Source of the DNA: Iphione sp. A-MEVVRFRX5
Lineage: Eukaryota
Assembly (NCBI GenBank): GCA_976226885.1
Contig: OZ320319.1
Span: 36,828,001-36,892,000 of the forward strand
Reading direction: 5' to 3'
DNA: 64,000 bases
Shown: positions 51,001 to 62,810 of the stretch, piece by piece
How positions within the stretch are numbered: the stretch's first letter is position 1
Layout: each line of letters starts with the position of its first letter
Program-made: the position numbers and the translations under genes
The notes under the pieces: generated by a model
Databases searched by the model: none
What the model was told of the DNA's origin: nothing
The model's input: only the letters and a program-made list of their open reading frames with translations

Positions 51001-53007
51001 TGGTGCATGAAGAGGAGTAGGACGAGAGGCTGGTGCATGCCCAATTACAGCCGCCCTCGTCCTGCTGTTCTCTTAGTCTCTCTCTCTGTGTGTTGCTCGG
51101 CATAAAGGCCCCGCGTTTGCTCGTGCTGCCTCATCCCCATGCTCCTTCTGTTGATATACTGGGGCGAGCCACGCACGCCAAACGGAGGAGCACTTCTTAT
51201 GCCTCTTTATATATGCAGGACTGAGCTGATGGGCTCTGAGTGTGGCCGACTATGCATTGCATACAAGCGGCTTCAATAGCACTCCGCTTTTTAGTTTGCG
51301 GTCGTGTACTTATTTGGTGTTGGTTTATAGTATCTCCATTAGTAAGCAGTTATTTGTTGCGTCTGATCCTAATTTTTTTCTAATTAAACATCCTAGGATG
51401 TCTTAATGATATATAATATCAGTTGATAGCTGTTTAAGTACTGTTCTGATAAACACCCTTTTGAGAAGTTCGGCGTTTAATGCTAATTTACTGCAAGTCT
51501 TCGAATAAATCTTTTTCTCTGATTTGTAGATGCCTTTTGTCAACTTGAGTTTTTTGCGTATCGCATCTCTCGCTGATCCTTCTAGTGTTTCTGCACTGTA
51601 CTAATCTTTAAGGCTTGTAATTGAACTTTACCAAAAAAACACGTGGCCTCCCTAGATAGCGAGAGAGAACGAGCTATCCTGACAGCATGTATTGAAGACT
51701 AACAGGAAGACAGTATTGTGTTGACAATACGAAGCTTACAGCCGCTCACATGCTGGTCCAAAGACCATGGTTCTCCAAATTTAAAACTATGACCAATCTG
51801 AACATAATCTAAGTTATACCATACACGATGAACTCCTATTCAAATAAACAAGACAGCAAAAGTATTTTCATTGTACTAATTATTACCACCACAACCTCAA
51901 GAACAGACTAGCAAGAATATATCTCAATTACAGTTATTAATAAAATGATAGCACGCAGAATACATTTCTACATCATGTTTATGCAAACTCTTACTGGAAT
52001 AAGTGTTATTATAGGCATCATTGCAATATCTAGGGGAGCAGCTTTAGTATGGTTGAATCTGCTAATAAAGATCTTGATCAAGTTAACTAGCAGTAGGAAC
52101 CGTTCTACGGTGGATGTTACGTCTCTATGGAAACGATTGCATCAATATTGCACACTAAAATAAAAACATGCCACAACCCTTGTTCCATTCATCTGTTCTC
52201 TCATGCAAAAATGAAATTTGAAGATACGTAATACAGTGTCTAAAAATGATTTTAAAAATCTTAAAGAGACGCACCTGTAATCTCAAACATCAGTAGATAT
52301 ACCTGTTGTAAATATACAGTACATGTAATTTTAGAAGAAAATGGATCGCAGTGGCTTTCCGTCACAAATAGCTCTGTCGTCGTGGGATATATAAAGAAAT
52401 ATCAACCTCGATAATGAAATCGATAGCCAATGAGTTAAACATAAATATACCAGACTTCTAAGAAACAATCTCATTACCTTGAGACATATACGCGCCTGTG
52501 GTCTCTTGCAAGAGGACATATGTCGAAGGACGTGAACGTATCGCACGTGTCGTGCACACATTACGAAAAATAAAGTAGTTCGATCGGGAAGATATTAAAG
52601 TAACAGTTTATTCACGTTAACTGTTGTAGAGGGCACCGCTAGATACCCTTGGTGTCTTGTAGTTAAATCCTCCCCTACACATCCAGTATAGAATGCCTTG
52701 GTGAGAACAGCTGCCGACCTAGCGTCTTTGCACCAGCAAGTGTAGAGCGTCACCTTCCGTCCACCTCTTCCTCGTGACATCTCTGGCCACCAAACGATCA
52801 CGATTTATATTTATATTATATCTTATATATTCATTGCGAACCTCCGAAAACCATTGCCTTAAATTAATAAGGCAGTGGTAATAAGAATACCCATTGTCCC
52901 TTCGTGACAAGTTCTGATTACCCAGTGCCGATCCCGCAGCGCTCATGTCGTCCACACCGTTGAAGACTCCTCTAGCTCAGCTGGTCTCTTCCCCTCTCTT
53001 CTCACAG

Positions 53008-53178
53008 GGTACATGCATGGCTCGATGGGCAACGTGCCTCCCCCACCTGGTTACCAGCAGGGAGGCTTCCAACAGGGGGCCTATGGGCCAGCAGGAGGCC
53101 AGTTTGGTAATTTCCGCGGTGCTCAAACGCAGGCGGCTAAGGACACCGGCACTAAAGGTGTAGGGAAGATGGCAGCAG
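53008..53178 (+). CDS. Exon: GYMHGSMGNVPPPPGYQQGGFQQGAYGPAGGQFGNFRGAQTQAAKDTGTKGVGKMAA
   Basis: Context cccctctcttctcacag|GG...GCAG|gtatgt, 171 nt, phase 1 to 1. Contains PPGY (a PPxY motif). Confidence 0.88.
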
Positions 53179-55086
53179 GTATGTATCAATACAGCCGATT
53201 CTTGACCCCATTTCAAGAACTATATCTCCTTGAAAGGTTTGCGGCTGATGAGCAAGGTATGTGCAGACGTTCACGTAATCTTTTCTAAATCAGGACTTGT
53301 GATGGTGAGTATGCGGTGTAAAGAGTGGAAGGTAATTTTCAGTGATATAAACGGTATTCATTGTAATTACACTATGCAAATGTCAAGTTTCAAGCAGTTA
53401 TCTTCTCAAGAGAAACAGCTCGTCTCAGCTGAAATTAACCGTTCTCTACCCATTTCACTTTAATTATTATGGACAATAATAGAAAGATACGTGACAGCTG
53501 TATATAAATAGAGTCGACAGGTGTTAGATTCAGGCGGTAGCACACAAGGACAAGAGGTTTGTTCCATACATGTATAGCTTACTATTGTGTCTATGCTGTC
53601 CTCTGTGGTGCCCTGAAAGCAGATGGCCTTGCTTTTCTTGAGGTGTGAATGTAATATTTGAGTATGGGACGTAAGACTGAATGGTCGGTAAAATGGGGAG
53701 GCGTTTTCTCTTTCTTTTTGTACATGTACTTTATATAGCCAAAATATGTGGAAGTAACGAAATACGTATGCTTTCAGGGTGTCTCCCTAGTTGTTTCCTT
53801 TATAGAATGAAGCTGTAATTTGGCTCCATTGATAACTGCGTAATTGAGACAAGATTCTATAACAGACACAAATTTATCTATGAATGGATATGTCGCCGTT
53901 AGATTCTTTTATTGTTTTTTTTCCACTGTAATAATCCTACTGGTTATGCTGATTAACGTCCGAGTGGGTTGTGCTTGAGTGCATACTTGTTGTGGTGTCT
54001 TCTAAATCGTCTCTCTTCGTAATGAGATTATTTGTGGTAAGTACGAGTAGTGCAGACATTCTTCCAAGTTCGTTTTCTTTCATCTTCAAATACTTAGCAG
54101 TCGTAGTATTGACGAGATGTATACATTTTCGACGTTTTATTTCCTGTGCAACGTAATTGTTACATTATAGTCAAGCCGACGATAATATCTGGACAATCAT
54201 AAAGAAATATAAAACTGATTTAAAACTAGACGCAGTCTGTCTTCACGGCTGGTACTTATGCGACCACAAGACACTTAACGGCAAAGTAACAGTGATTCTA
54301 CGATATACAAATACATAACGAATAGAGACAACTTTTAGAGACACACAAAGTAGAAACTCGCTATCTTTGAAGATTCTGTGGAGCTAAAAATCCAAAGAAG
54401 GGTTTTCTCAAGAAATGCCTTGCCAATGCTAAAGGGCCCCAGGGGACCGCCAGAACAATTAGCCTGGAATCCCAGACCAAGTGTCAGTAATTCAGACATT
54501 TGTTAAAGGATAAGCAATCGCCAAGCTAAGTAATGATTTCAAAGCAATTGATTACTTAGATTTGATGATACTGATTCGATAAGGATGATCGGACGGGACA
54601 CACTTTGATATCTAAAGGTCATTATTCCCAGACAAAAATCATCACAGTAAAATTTTATTCCTGCTGTATAGTATGAAGGGCCCCTTCCTTACAGTGGAGG
54701 GCCGAGTACATGTACTTTTTATTAATATAACTTACAGACACGCACGATGTGTCTGGCATACCGTCTATGTTAGACTTTTTATAAACCTCGTACATTAAAG
54801 ATATTTACGACAATAATAATTACAACATAAGACAAAACATGAACTGTTTAGTACAAAACTGATCATGTAAATGAATGACCTCAAACAGCAGTGTAATTTG
54901 TCGGTAATACGGACCTCATAGATGTCAATGTGCGCATTCACAGGACTTAAAGACCTGTCGACCTGGTGCCTTGTACGTGAAACACCGGCACACCTGACCG
55001 ACCCCTAGCGACTACCGCTACCCACTATACCTGTGAGCAGCATAATATCTGTTCCCAGTTACAAAGCCAGTTTGGTATGATTGCAG

Positions 55087-55247
55087 GGTTAGCAGGAGGG
55101 GCACTGGCTGGGTACCTGGCGGGTCGCGTGATGGGTGGTGGGCTTGGTGGGTTTGGGGGCTGGGGCAGAGGCTTTGGCTTTGGCGGCTCCTGGAGCTCAG
55201 GATCCTGGTCCGGGGGCAGTTTTGGCAGTTTCGGCAGCTTCGACTAG
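55087..55247 (+). CDS. Last exon A: (G)LAGGALAGYLAGRVMGGGLGGFGGWGRGFGFGGSWSSGSWSGGSFGSFGSFD*
   Basis: Acceptor ttgcag|GG, phase 1, TAG at 55245-55247. Encodes a hydrophobic Gly-zipper resembling the evectin tail. The upstream AGs at 55058 and 55070 would shift frame. Confidence 0.85.
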
Positions 55248-55599
55248 TTGCCCAGAACGTAGATGACCGTGAGTTGACATGTGACTTTTGAGACCTCTAC
55301 TATACCCAATGACGATAAGATTCGAAAGCATACTTTAAAAAACAGAAAGCATTTTATTCAGAGTGTGACCAAATCTGTTCGTTAGTACACACACACATGC
55401 CTGGTTGCTTTTTTTCTTTCAAGTGTGTTTTGTCTATACATGAGATGTTTCTGTGACGTACTATATAGGTGAGTGCACACTGTCTTGAGCAATATAGGAC
55501 CATAAATTGAAGCGTTTAGTATCAGCTTTTTGTACGTTCAGCAATTGCATTTTGTCAAGTTTTATGCAAGAAAATTATCCAGCCATTGAGCCAAACAAC

Positions 55600-57800
55600 A
55601 TCCAACATTTGTTCCTCTTTTGATCACTATTTTCATCCTCATCACTTGTATACTCCTATCAACTTTATTTCATACCGGCATCATTCATTTTCGCAAATAC
55701 CATGTTGATCGCCAAGCATTTACACATTATTTTCCTTGGGCTATTCACGTGTACAATTGTCTATTGCTTTTCTGTGTATTCATAAGTCTTTTCCTATTTC
55801 TGAGTCCATCATTTATTTCTTTCATCATGAAGATTTGCCACATCACCATTATTCCATTATTATACCGCTCATTTACCTATCACAATACATGTACACGTAT
55901 TTCATATTCCTTTTTTAACGATATTCATGTAAATGATCTGCTGTAATGCGACATATCATAGTATAATCATTTACAAAGCTGCACCATTATTCTCACCATT
56001 CAAGAAATCAATTATAGCAGACATAGAGTTTCCATATATTTCTCAGTAAAAATAGAATATGCACGTAGTTCAATAACTATTGGGCATACTGTCATATTCT
56101 CGGCTACGCGTATTTTTGATTGTCGCCATTTTTTGACTTTTTCATTTTCCTTCTTTGAGGTACTTTTTAACCGTAAATTCTAACTTTGCCACAGTTTCCT
56201 TTGCATTTCCAAAACCAGTCTTTCAACTGAAAATAAGTTATTCTTCAAAAGATTTGGTGACACTTGTGTTTTTTGAAAGGTGAATCTTTTTTGTCGATTA
56301 AGAATTTACACTGGAGAGAGGGTTTTGGGGGTGACGCTTTTCAAGTGGGTGCAGCTTTGTAGGCGCCGTGAGTTTGGTTCGGGTTGTAACATTCTTCTCT
56401 CCCACAGCCTCCGGCCTCAGCGGAGGAGTCGTCGGCAAGGACAAGGACGTGTCAGGTAGACCACTCGCGATCCCCGCGCCCCCCAGCGAGAGAAAGACAC
56501 ATCCAATAGCCCCTCCTGGTCACCGCGCCAACAGAATAGCCCTTCTCACCATAGGAACCGTCGCAAGAGTCTATCCTTTCACAACCTCAGTTCCCCCCTC
56601 CCCCCCCTCTCCTCGCCTTCTTCGAGACCTTCACCACCTCCTGTACTCGCCCTGTTTTCCACTTTGCCTTCATTCGTGTTGTCACCATTATATATCTCTC
56701 CTTCCACCACCTCATCGCAATAGCATTTATATTTATCTTGACTTGATTTTCTTTGGTCTCCTCCTCGTGTACTACCCCGTCCAAATCATCGGTTTCTCTG
56801 TGTTGTTGAATACATATTCTGTATTGAATGCTACTCTCCGGCATTCGACTTCATTTGAACATTGGTCCGGAAAGCTTAGTTTCATTTCATAATTCAGTCT
56901 TCGCCACTATCATTCGGAATTTTCTTTTTAGAAAATTGGGTGATTGATCATCACTGAACTTTGCTAAAAGGTTTAAATTTAAGCCTCCCTCCTTTCTGAA
57001 TCCCTCTTTCCTCTCTTTTCCTGGAAGCCTGTTTCTGATTTCGCTCTTGCTTCAATTCTTCAATAAACATTGCCGACTTTGCACACTGGCTCTTTTTCGA
57101 CTCTCAGAATCGCCTTTCGCTAATGGAAACACTATGGAGTTTTCATTGCTTTGAAATATTTCTTGTCGATATATTAAAATTATATTAAACAAACCGCTAC
57201 TTACTTTCTCCATATTTCATATTACATTGCCTCAGCTTTACCTATGTTCAAACGTTTATAATAAGCATCGACATTATGTCTTGTAATTAACCCAATTATC
57301 CTCTCCCTCTTACTCCATTTCCTTGCATCTTTCTTGAAAATCAATATTGTTATGAACCTTTCCCATTTCTAAGTGTTTTCAATACTCTTGCTCTTACTAT
57401 ATTTTCAACATGAACTTTTCATCTTTATCTATTAAATCAGGCAATAACGTGCGATTTATGTCTGTAACTGCCACTGTATATATAGTAATACACGGAGCAT
57501 CCAACTGCCGTTTCCTTCTTCCATTTTCAATTGCTTCGGTAACAGTTTGCCTCAGTATACTGTCAGTTAATTCTGATAGTTTTTTTCTGACCTTGTCATC
57601 GTACCTGTCTCGAAAGCCAAGTACCTCTCTCCTAAGGTTTTACTTACCATTTGATTGTCTCTGCATGAACATATCATTTTCCTTCCTGCCTTCTCTGAAC
57701 AAGACTCATGTGTCATAAAAAAACAGTTCTCCCATTCCGCCTGGATGTCTGAAGTAGACTCTTTCACCACAAAGTCTCCGAACCATCCTTAATTGGTTTC
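55600..57800 (-). mobile_element. Decayed non-LTR retrotransposon (CR1/L2-like), AP-endonuclease C-terminal half to RT N-terminus
   Basis: Strongly purine-rich minus strand. Ordered motif ghosts: GDFV...EWEN (GDFN..IDW), SELTDSILRQTVTEA...LD (L.Q.V.EPTR..LD), GKVHNNIDF (GKSDH.I.F), VSPNLLK, KKWRQSKI, IIDFL.GENN. Many stops and frameshifts, and a GC-rich insert at about 56350-56650. Confidence 0.5.
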
Positions 57801-60170
57801 TTTTTTACCTGGGTTTCTTTTTACCTGCCTATCTTCTCTCTCTTATATCCTGACCTCTAATGGCCATGGATTGCCCTACTCCTGTATTAATCAATCATGG
57901 TTCGCTATGTCCTGTCCCTGACTGCGCTGGCTGCTGTCTCGTATTCCGACCTTGTCTCCTTGCGCGGAAGATTGCATGGCGCTGTTGGCTGCGCGTGTTA
58001 CCATTGCCCTTCCACTACCACCGCCACCACCACCACCTCAGACATTTGACTTTAACCCAACCGCCCCCCTCCTGCCGCCCAAGATGCCACACTGGTTGCC
58101 TGGTTACCAGTGTTGAGCCCCCAGCCATCACCGACCGTCCTCCTCACGATGGGGACACCTCTGACTTGGACCCAGTTTCCACAGCCAGAGTTGTCCAGTG
58201 AATTGCCTTGACAAATGTTGTTGTGTCTCCAGCGCGATGTGGCCACACCGACTGTCAGCCCTCACGCCTTGCTGGGCTTGTGGTATATAATCATCCTGTC
58301 CTCTTTGACCTGCTCCCCTATAAACTAGCGCCTCACCTCCATCGATGATTACACCATTCATTAGCAACTATGAATGACGCATGCGTATCGCTCTCTGTCT
58401 CTCTCTCCGTCTATCTCGCTGTCTCGGACTCTCTTTATCTCTGCATCTCTCTACCGTCCACCTTTCCGGTGTGTCAAAATACATGATCAGTGTGTTTCCT
58501 ATACCCACCGATCCGCCCACGAGAGCATCAGCCAGCAATCTATCATTTTAATCGACACCAAGTTCGAGCCCCTCGCCTGGGAGCGCTAACTTGAACAGAT
58601 AAAACCAGAATGTCGCCATTGTCATGTATACGCAAAGGCGCATCCTAATGGAAAGGCAGTTCGAGGAGTCTAGCCATGGTTACCACACCCTCCCCTTGAT
58701 AGGTGTATGACGGTAGTCAACAACTGCAGTTGGTATAGGAATGATACCAACCAAGAGAGAGAGAGCTGCTGATAAAGATGTATACTGGGGACCACTGTTT
58801 CGAGGGCTCTGTATCAGTACAGCTTCATAGCGCTGGGCGAAAAACATTCAGATTTCAGAAATGTGTAAATTGGTTTACTGTGTCTTCAGTCTCGCGCGGC
58901 GAACTAGCAGCGCGTTAGGCACATATATGTACATGTATACGTTCTTCTTTTCATTTGCCATCTCCTTGTGAAGCACACTGGTACAAATACTGTGACACCA
59001 CGTCTTATGTAGTAGTCATACAGCTCTCGAGTAAGGTGGTTGCATCCTTTGAGAAAGTCCTAGCTGCATTAACAATGTATTAGTAATCATTTCTCACAGC
59101 AGTTCCAGTGCATTTTTTACCGTATGAACCCTTTGGCTCTCCAGGCAGGACACCTCCATTGCCCTTCCAAGAGAATGCGTTAGTGTGGTGTACTTGTTGC
59201 GCTTCTAACCCAAAGTGTGCATCTTGTTTACCTCAATACGCAACCACAACCGACGCATTGTCATTGTGCTGGTGACGTGTACTATACACCCATAAAGAAA
59301 ACGTAGACAGAGAAAATAGCGTCACAATATAAACAACATACACTATTTTTTGTCTTTAAATACAAATAACATTAGTCTACATGTATATCTTTTGAGGTAT
59401 GCTAGACAAATTTTTAACTTGATCTAAAAATTAGGCTGATTCAGATTTGATGCTTTCGAGGGTTGATATTTGCTTTTTCATTCAGTGATATCTAATTGGG
59501 CATTGAAGAGGCTCACGCGCACGAGGTATTACGGTATATTATGCATAATATAGATAGGTCACAGCGATTACTTGAACATATCCCTATCGAATTTCCTTCG
59601 TTCTGTCTCACTTGAAACAAAAAATACGACTAACAAAACCAAATTGATGCCTTTACCAAATTCAAACGGTGAAAACAAATTCCTCATGAATTTCCATGTA
59701 CTTCAAATCCTTTGAACTTTTCTGGTCGATGCAAATAGTATTTTTCCACCCGACTAGACGAACGAAGCAAATTTTACCAAAGGCGATACTGCAGAATCCT
59801 TAGAAGGCATTGTTGTTAGTTGAGCAGCTGTCATACTGGACTGGCACCTAGACACCCGTTGCGGGCACCCAGGCCATGCAGCTGTGGCGCCCTCTATCAT
59901 CTGAGCAAATGTCGTCTGTTTGATGCAGAAGACGGTCTGTCGGCGCTGTGGGAATTCCTGAAAGGCACATGATAAAAGATACCACCTTGTGGCGGCATTA
60001 TATTGCAGGCTGCTCGGCCGCCTTCCTGGCAATGACAGCGAGTCTCACTAACAACTTTGCATCAGGATACCGGTTGTATTAGCGCCGGGATGCCCGTATG
60101 ACCTTCGTACACAATTGTTCTCTGTTAACACTCGAGAGCTGTGCTAACACTCCACCTGGTGTGCTTTCAG

Positions 60171-60358
60171 GGCTGATGGGAGGAGTGACGGGTGTCCAAC
60201 AGAAGCAGGAGACGAGCATGAGCGAGAAGCTCTGGGGCTGGGGCGTGGGAGGGGGGTGGGGTTCGTGGGGTTCGCACAGCTGGGGCAGCAACAACAGCTT
60301 TGGTAGCATCGGCGACCACAGCGTACCTTCTATGGGAAGCTTCGGGAGTTTCGACTAA
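60171..60358 (+). CDS. Alternative last exon B (paralog of exon A): (G)LMGGVTGVQQKQETSMSEKLWGWGVGGGWGSWGSHSWGSNNSFGSIGDHSVPSMGSFGSFD*
   Basis: Branch point gctaac at 60143-60148, acceptor gtgctttcag|GG, phase 1 as in exon A. Starts GLxGG and ends GSFGSFD* as in exon A, with synonymous codon differences. Confidence 0.72.
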
Positions 60359-60710
60359 CACCAGCGACATCCGGTGGGCCGCGCGCGACGTTGGCGACGA
60401 CGACGTGGGCGACGGTGGCGACCTCGACGACGACAGTATCGACGACCTCGGCAACGACGACGACGAAATCGAGATCGGCATCGACGGTCACAGCGACGGC
60501 ATCGACGGCGGCCAAGTCGACGGCAACAAGAACTACAGCAAGAGCAACAGTAACTGCGCCAAGGGTTTCTACACGGCAGATCGCTTTTGTATGCAGACAA
60601 CGAAGCAGACGAGGACAAGAATCAGGATGACTTATGGAAGAAAAAAAAACACCGATGCATATACGCTGAAGATTTTAGATAACGAGAGGTGTTTTCGGAA
60701 CGCATGCTGA
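60357..60710 (+). CDS. Asp/Gly-rich reading frame starting +1 inside the exon B stop codon
   Basis: NTSDIRWAARDVGDDDVGDGGDLDDDSIDDLGNDDDEIEIGIDGHSDGIDGGQVDG... Most codons to about 60575 end in C or G (GAC/GGC/ATC/AAC). Open to TGA at 60708-60710. Confidence 0.45.
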   Translation, partial: NTSDIRWAARDVGDDDVGDGGDLDDDSIDDLGNDDDEIEIGIDGHSDGIDGGQVDGNKNYSKSNSNCAKGFYTADRFCMQTTKQTRTRIRMTYGRKKNTDAYTLKILDNERCFRNAC

Positions 60711-60744
60711 TTTATTATTATTATTATCATCATTATTATTATTA
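60711..60744. repeat. (ATT)n trinucleotide tract
   Basis: tttattattattattatcatcattattattatta, immediately after the TGA at 60710. Confidence 0.9.
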
Positions 60745-62810
60745 TAAATATATTGTCATTTGAGAAGAGAAGTTAGCTCAGTGAATACTTTATGGCCGAT
60801 ATTTTGTATCATTATTATGTAAGAATCCCAGGAGGGAGGATCATGGTTATTTACACTGTTTAGTGTTTATGTTGTGTTATTCCAGTGCTGAAATGTCGAT
60901 TCACTGGTGTGTCGAACACATATAAAACACAGTTTATTTGTTTGAACACGAATGTAAACATATGTAAGAACATACATCAAGACATATGTCAAAAACAAGT
61001 CTCAAAAACAAGTATTACAAAAACATAAATATATCGAAACAAACTAAAAAAAAGAAAAAACCACTATGCACGATAGCCCGTAGAGCTGTCAGTCTTTGGA
61101 ACATTGAACCATACAAAACAAAGGAAAACTCAACAAACAAAAACAGAAAACAAACGATCGAAATACGTATAAAATGCATCCAGCCTTACAGGAAACAACA
61201 ACAAATAACTTAAGCATTCCAAGATCTTGTAACCTTACTGTGAAGAATCTGTAGTAGCGAAAGTCAGTGTGTAGATTCTCTCTGATCTTGGATCCCTATA
61301 TCCTGCAGATGGGTAGCTTCCGTGGTATTGGTCTGACGGTTAAAAAAAATAACGTTGTCAAGACAACGCTGATGGTACACATAGCTGCTAGAGCCTGCCA
61401 AACGGGTGCCCTCACACGTGTAAAAAGATATGCATGCCTTTATATAACGGTTTCGAAAGAGTTTCATGGGTTCTTCACCATGCTTTATCCTATAAAGTGT
61501 TCCGTTTCACAACCAATGCCCCCCCCCCCCTCAGCACGACCCATGTACAAATATTTAACCAGTGTATGATACACGTTTTCGGATATTGGCTTGTATACCT
61601 CAGGAGCCAGGGTCAGAAGCTTCGAGTACCCATAACCCCCTTCCCTCTTATCGAACCAAACAACACACATATTTTTAAACTGTTTTGTAGTATTCGCCTA
61701 GATGATAAAACACCCAAGTATTTTCTACCGTTAAGGGGGATTTCTAAAGAGTCAGGCATGCTCTTCCTATTATTACACCTGTTCTGGCACCGTGGGGTGT
61801 TTCCTGGACTTTTCTTTTCTGGTGGTACTGATGTCCCCAGCAGGGAGTGCCAAAGGTACTAGCATCTTTGACGATGGCTTTCACTGGCCCGAGTGAGTTT
61901 TTCCTTTCAAAGGTTCAGATGTTCTGAGGAGATGGAGTTTTTAGTCTGTAGGAAAACAAGCTGTCCGCAATTGTCAACCACATTGACTGTATTTGATAGA
62001 GTTAATATTTTTCTCTACGTCAACTGCGATGGATTCACCAAATATTCAATCATATCGCAGTGTATGGTTGGTGATGTGAAAAAAAACAAACCATTAGTAC
62101 CTGGTAATCATAGATGGTAAATTAACACAGGTCGGATGATGTAGATAGCTACGCAATCAAGAATACGTTGGAAATAGCTCCGACCACTAGTGACGGCGTG
62201 TTACCCTTGCGGGTGATATAAAGATTTTGAGTTATATATTTTGTGGTTGCAGATGCGGATAAGCTGACCCTGCTCAGTTGTAAAAAAGGAACTTATTCTC
62301 TAATATTTACGAGTGAACATGTACATAACACACTACTTATGTTATAAACACGTGCTCGCCGCACGACCCAATGTGCTCAATTCCCATGTTCCCGACTGGT
62401 CCTCCAAGACCGTGACCTTCCTTGGAGGTCTCGGCTCAAGGTGACCCTCCGGCCCCAAAGGTCGAGGTGTGAAGGTCATCGTCCTCCTTATCTCAGCCTC
62501 GCGTACTAACCATCAATAGCGTAACTCTGATGGTTGGATGGCAGGTCCGCCTACTAATCGGTATTTCAGTAGATTCGTGTGAAGAATTATAGTGTTTCCA
62601 TTCTTGCAAGTGGAATCGGACGTAGGCGTTCGCCTCTTGTGTGATTGTGCACCAACTAGCTGAGTGTAGTGAAACTTTCCACTTTACAAACATCCAAACA
62701 GCTGGTAACTTGACTATGAATTGCTTGGTTATGCTGAACCTGCAACAGTCTCTCACTAGTTCGTTTTTTTTTTTTATACAGAACGTGCCCAAGTTCATGC
62801 CCGTATCCAA

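Larger units (their letters stand above)
33269..60358 (+). other. Gene span (identified coding part): evectin/PLEKHB-like protein with PH domain, PY-rich region and Gly-zipper tail; 5-prime exon(s) not located
   Basis: Seven GT-AG exons join in frame with matching phases (1-0, 0-2, 2-0, 0-1, 1-1, 1-1, 1-stop), giving about 420 codons. An alternative last exon lies at 60171. The domain order matches PLEKHB1/2 (N-terminal PH, PPxY, C-terminal hydrophobic segment); orthology is untested. Confidence 0.85.

Noticed and set aside
58109-58120. 12-mer CCTGGTTACCAG shared with exon 53008
   Set aside because: Many 12-mer matches are expected by chance in a window this size, and there is no extended homology.
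60355-60630. Thr/Ala-rich (+) and Ser/Arg-rich (-) ORFs over the acidic tract
   Set aside because: They are shadow frames of the GAC/GGC-rich sequence.
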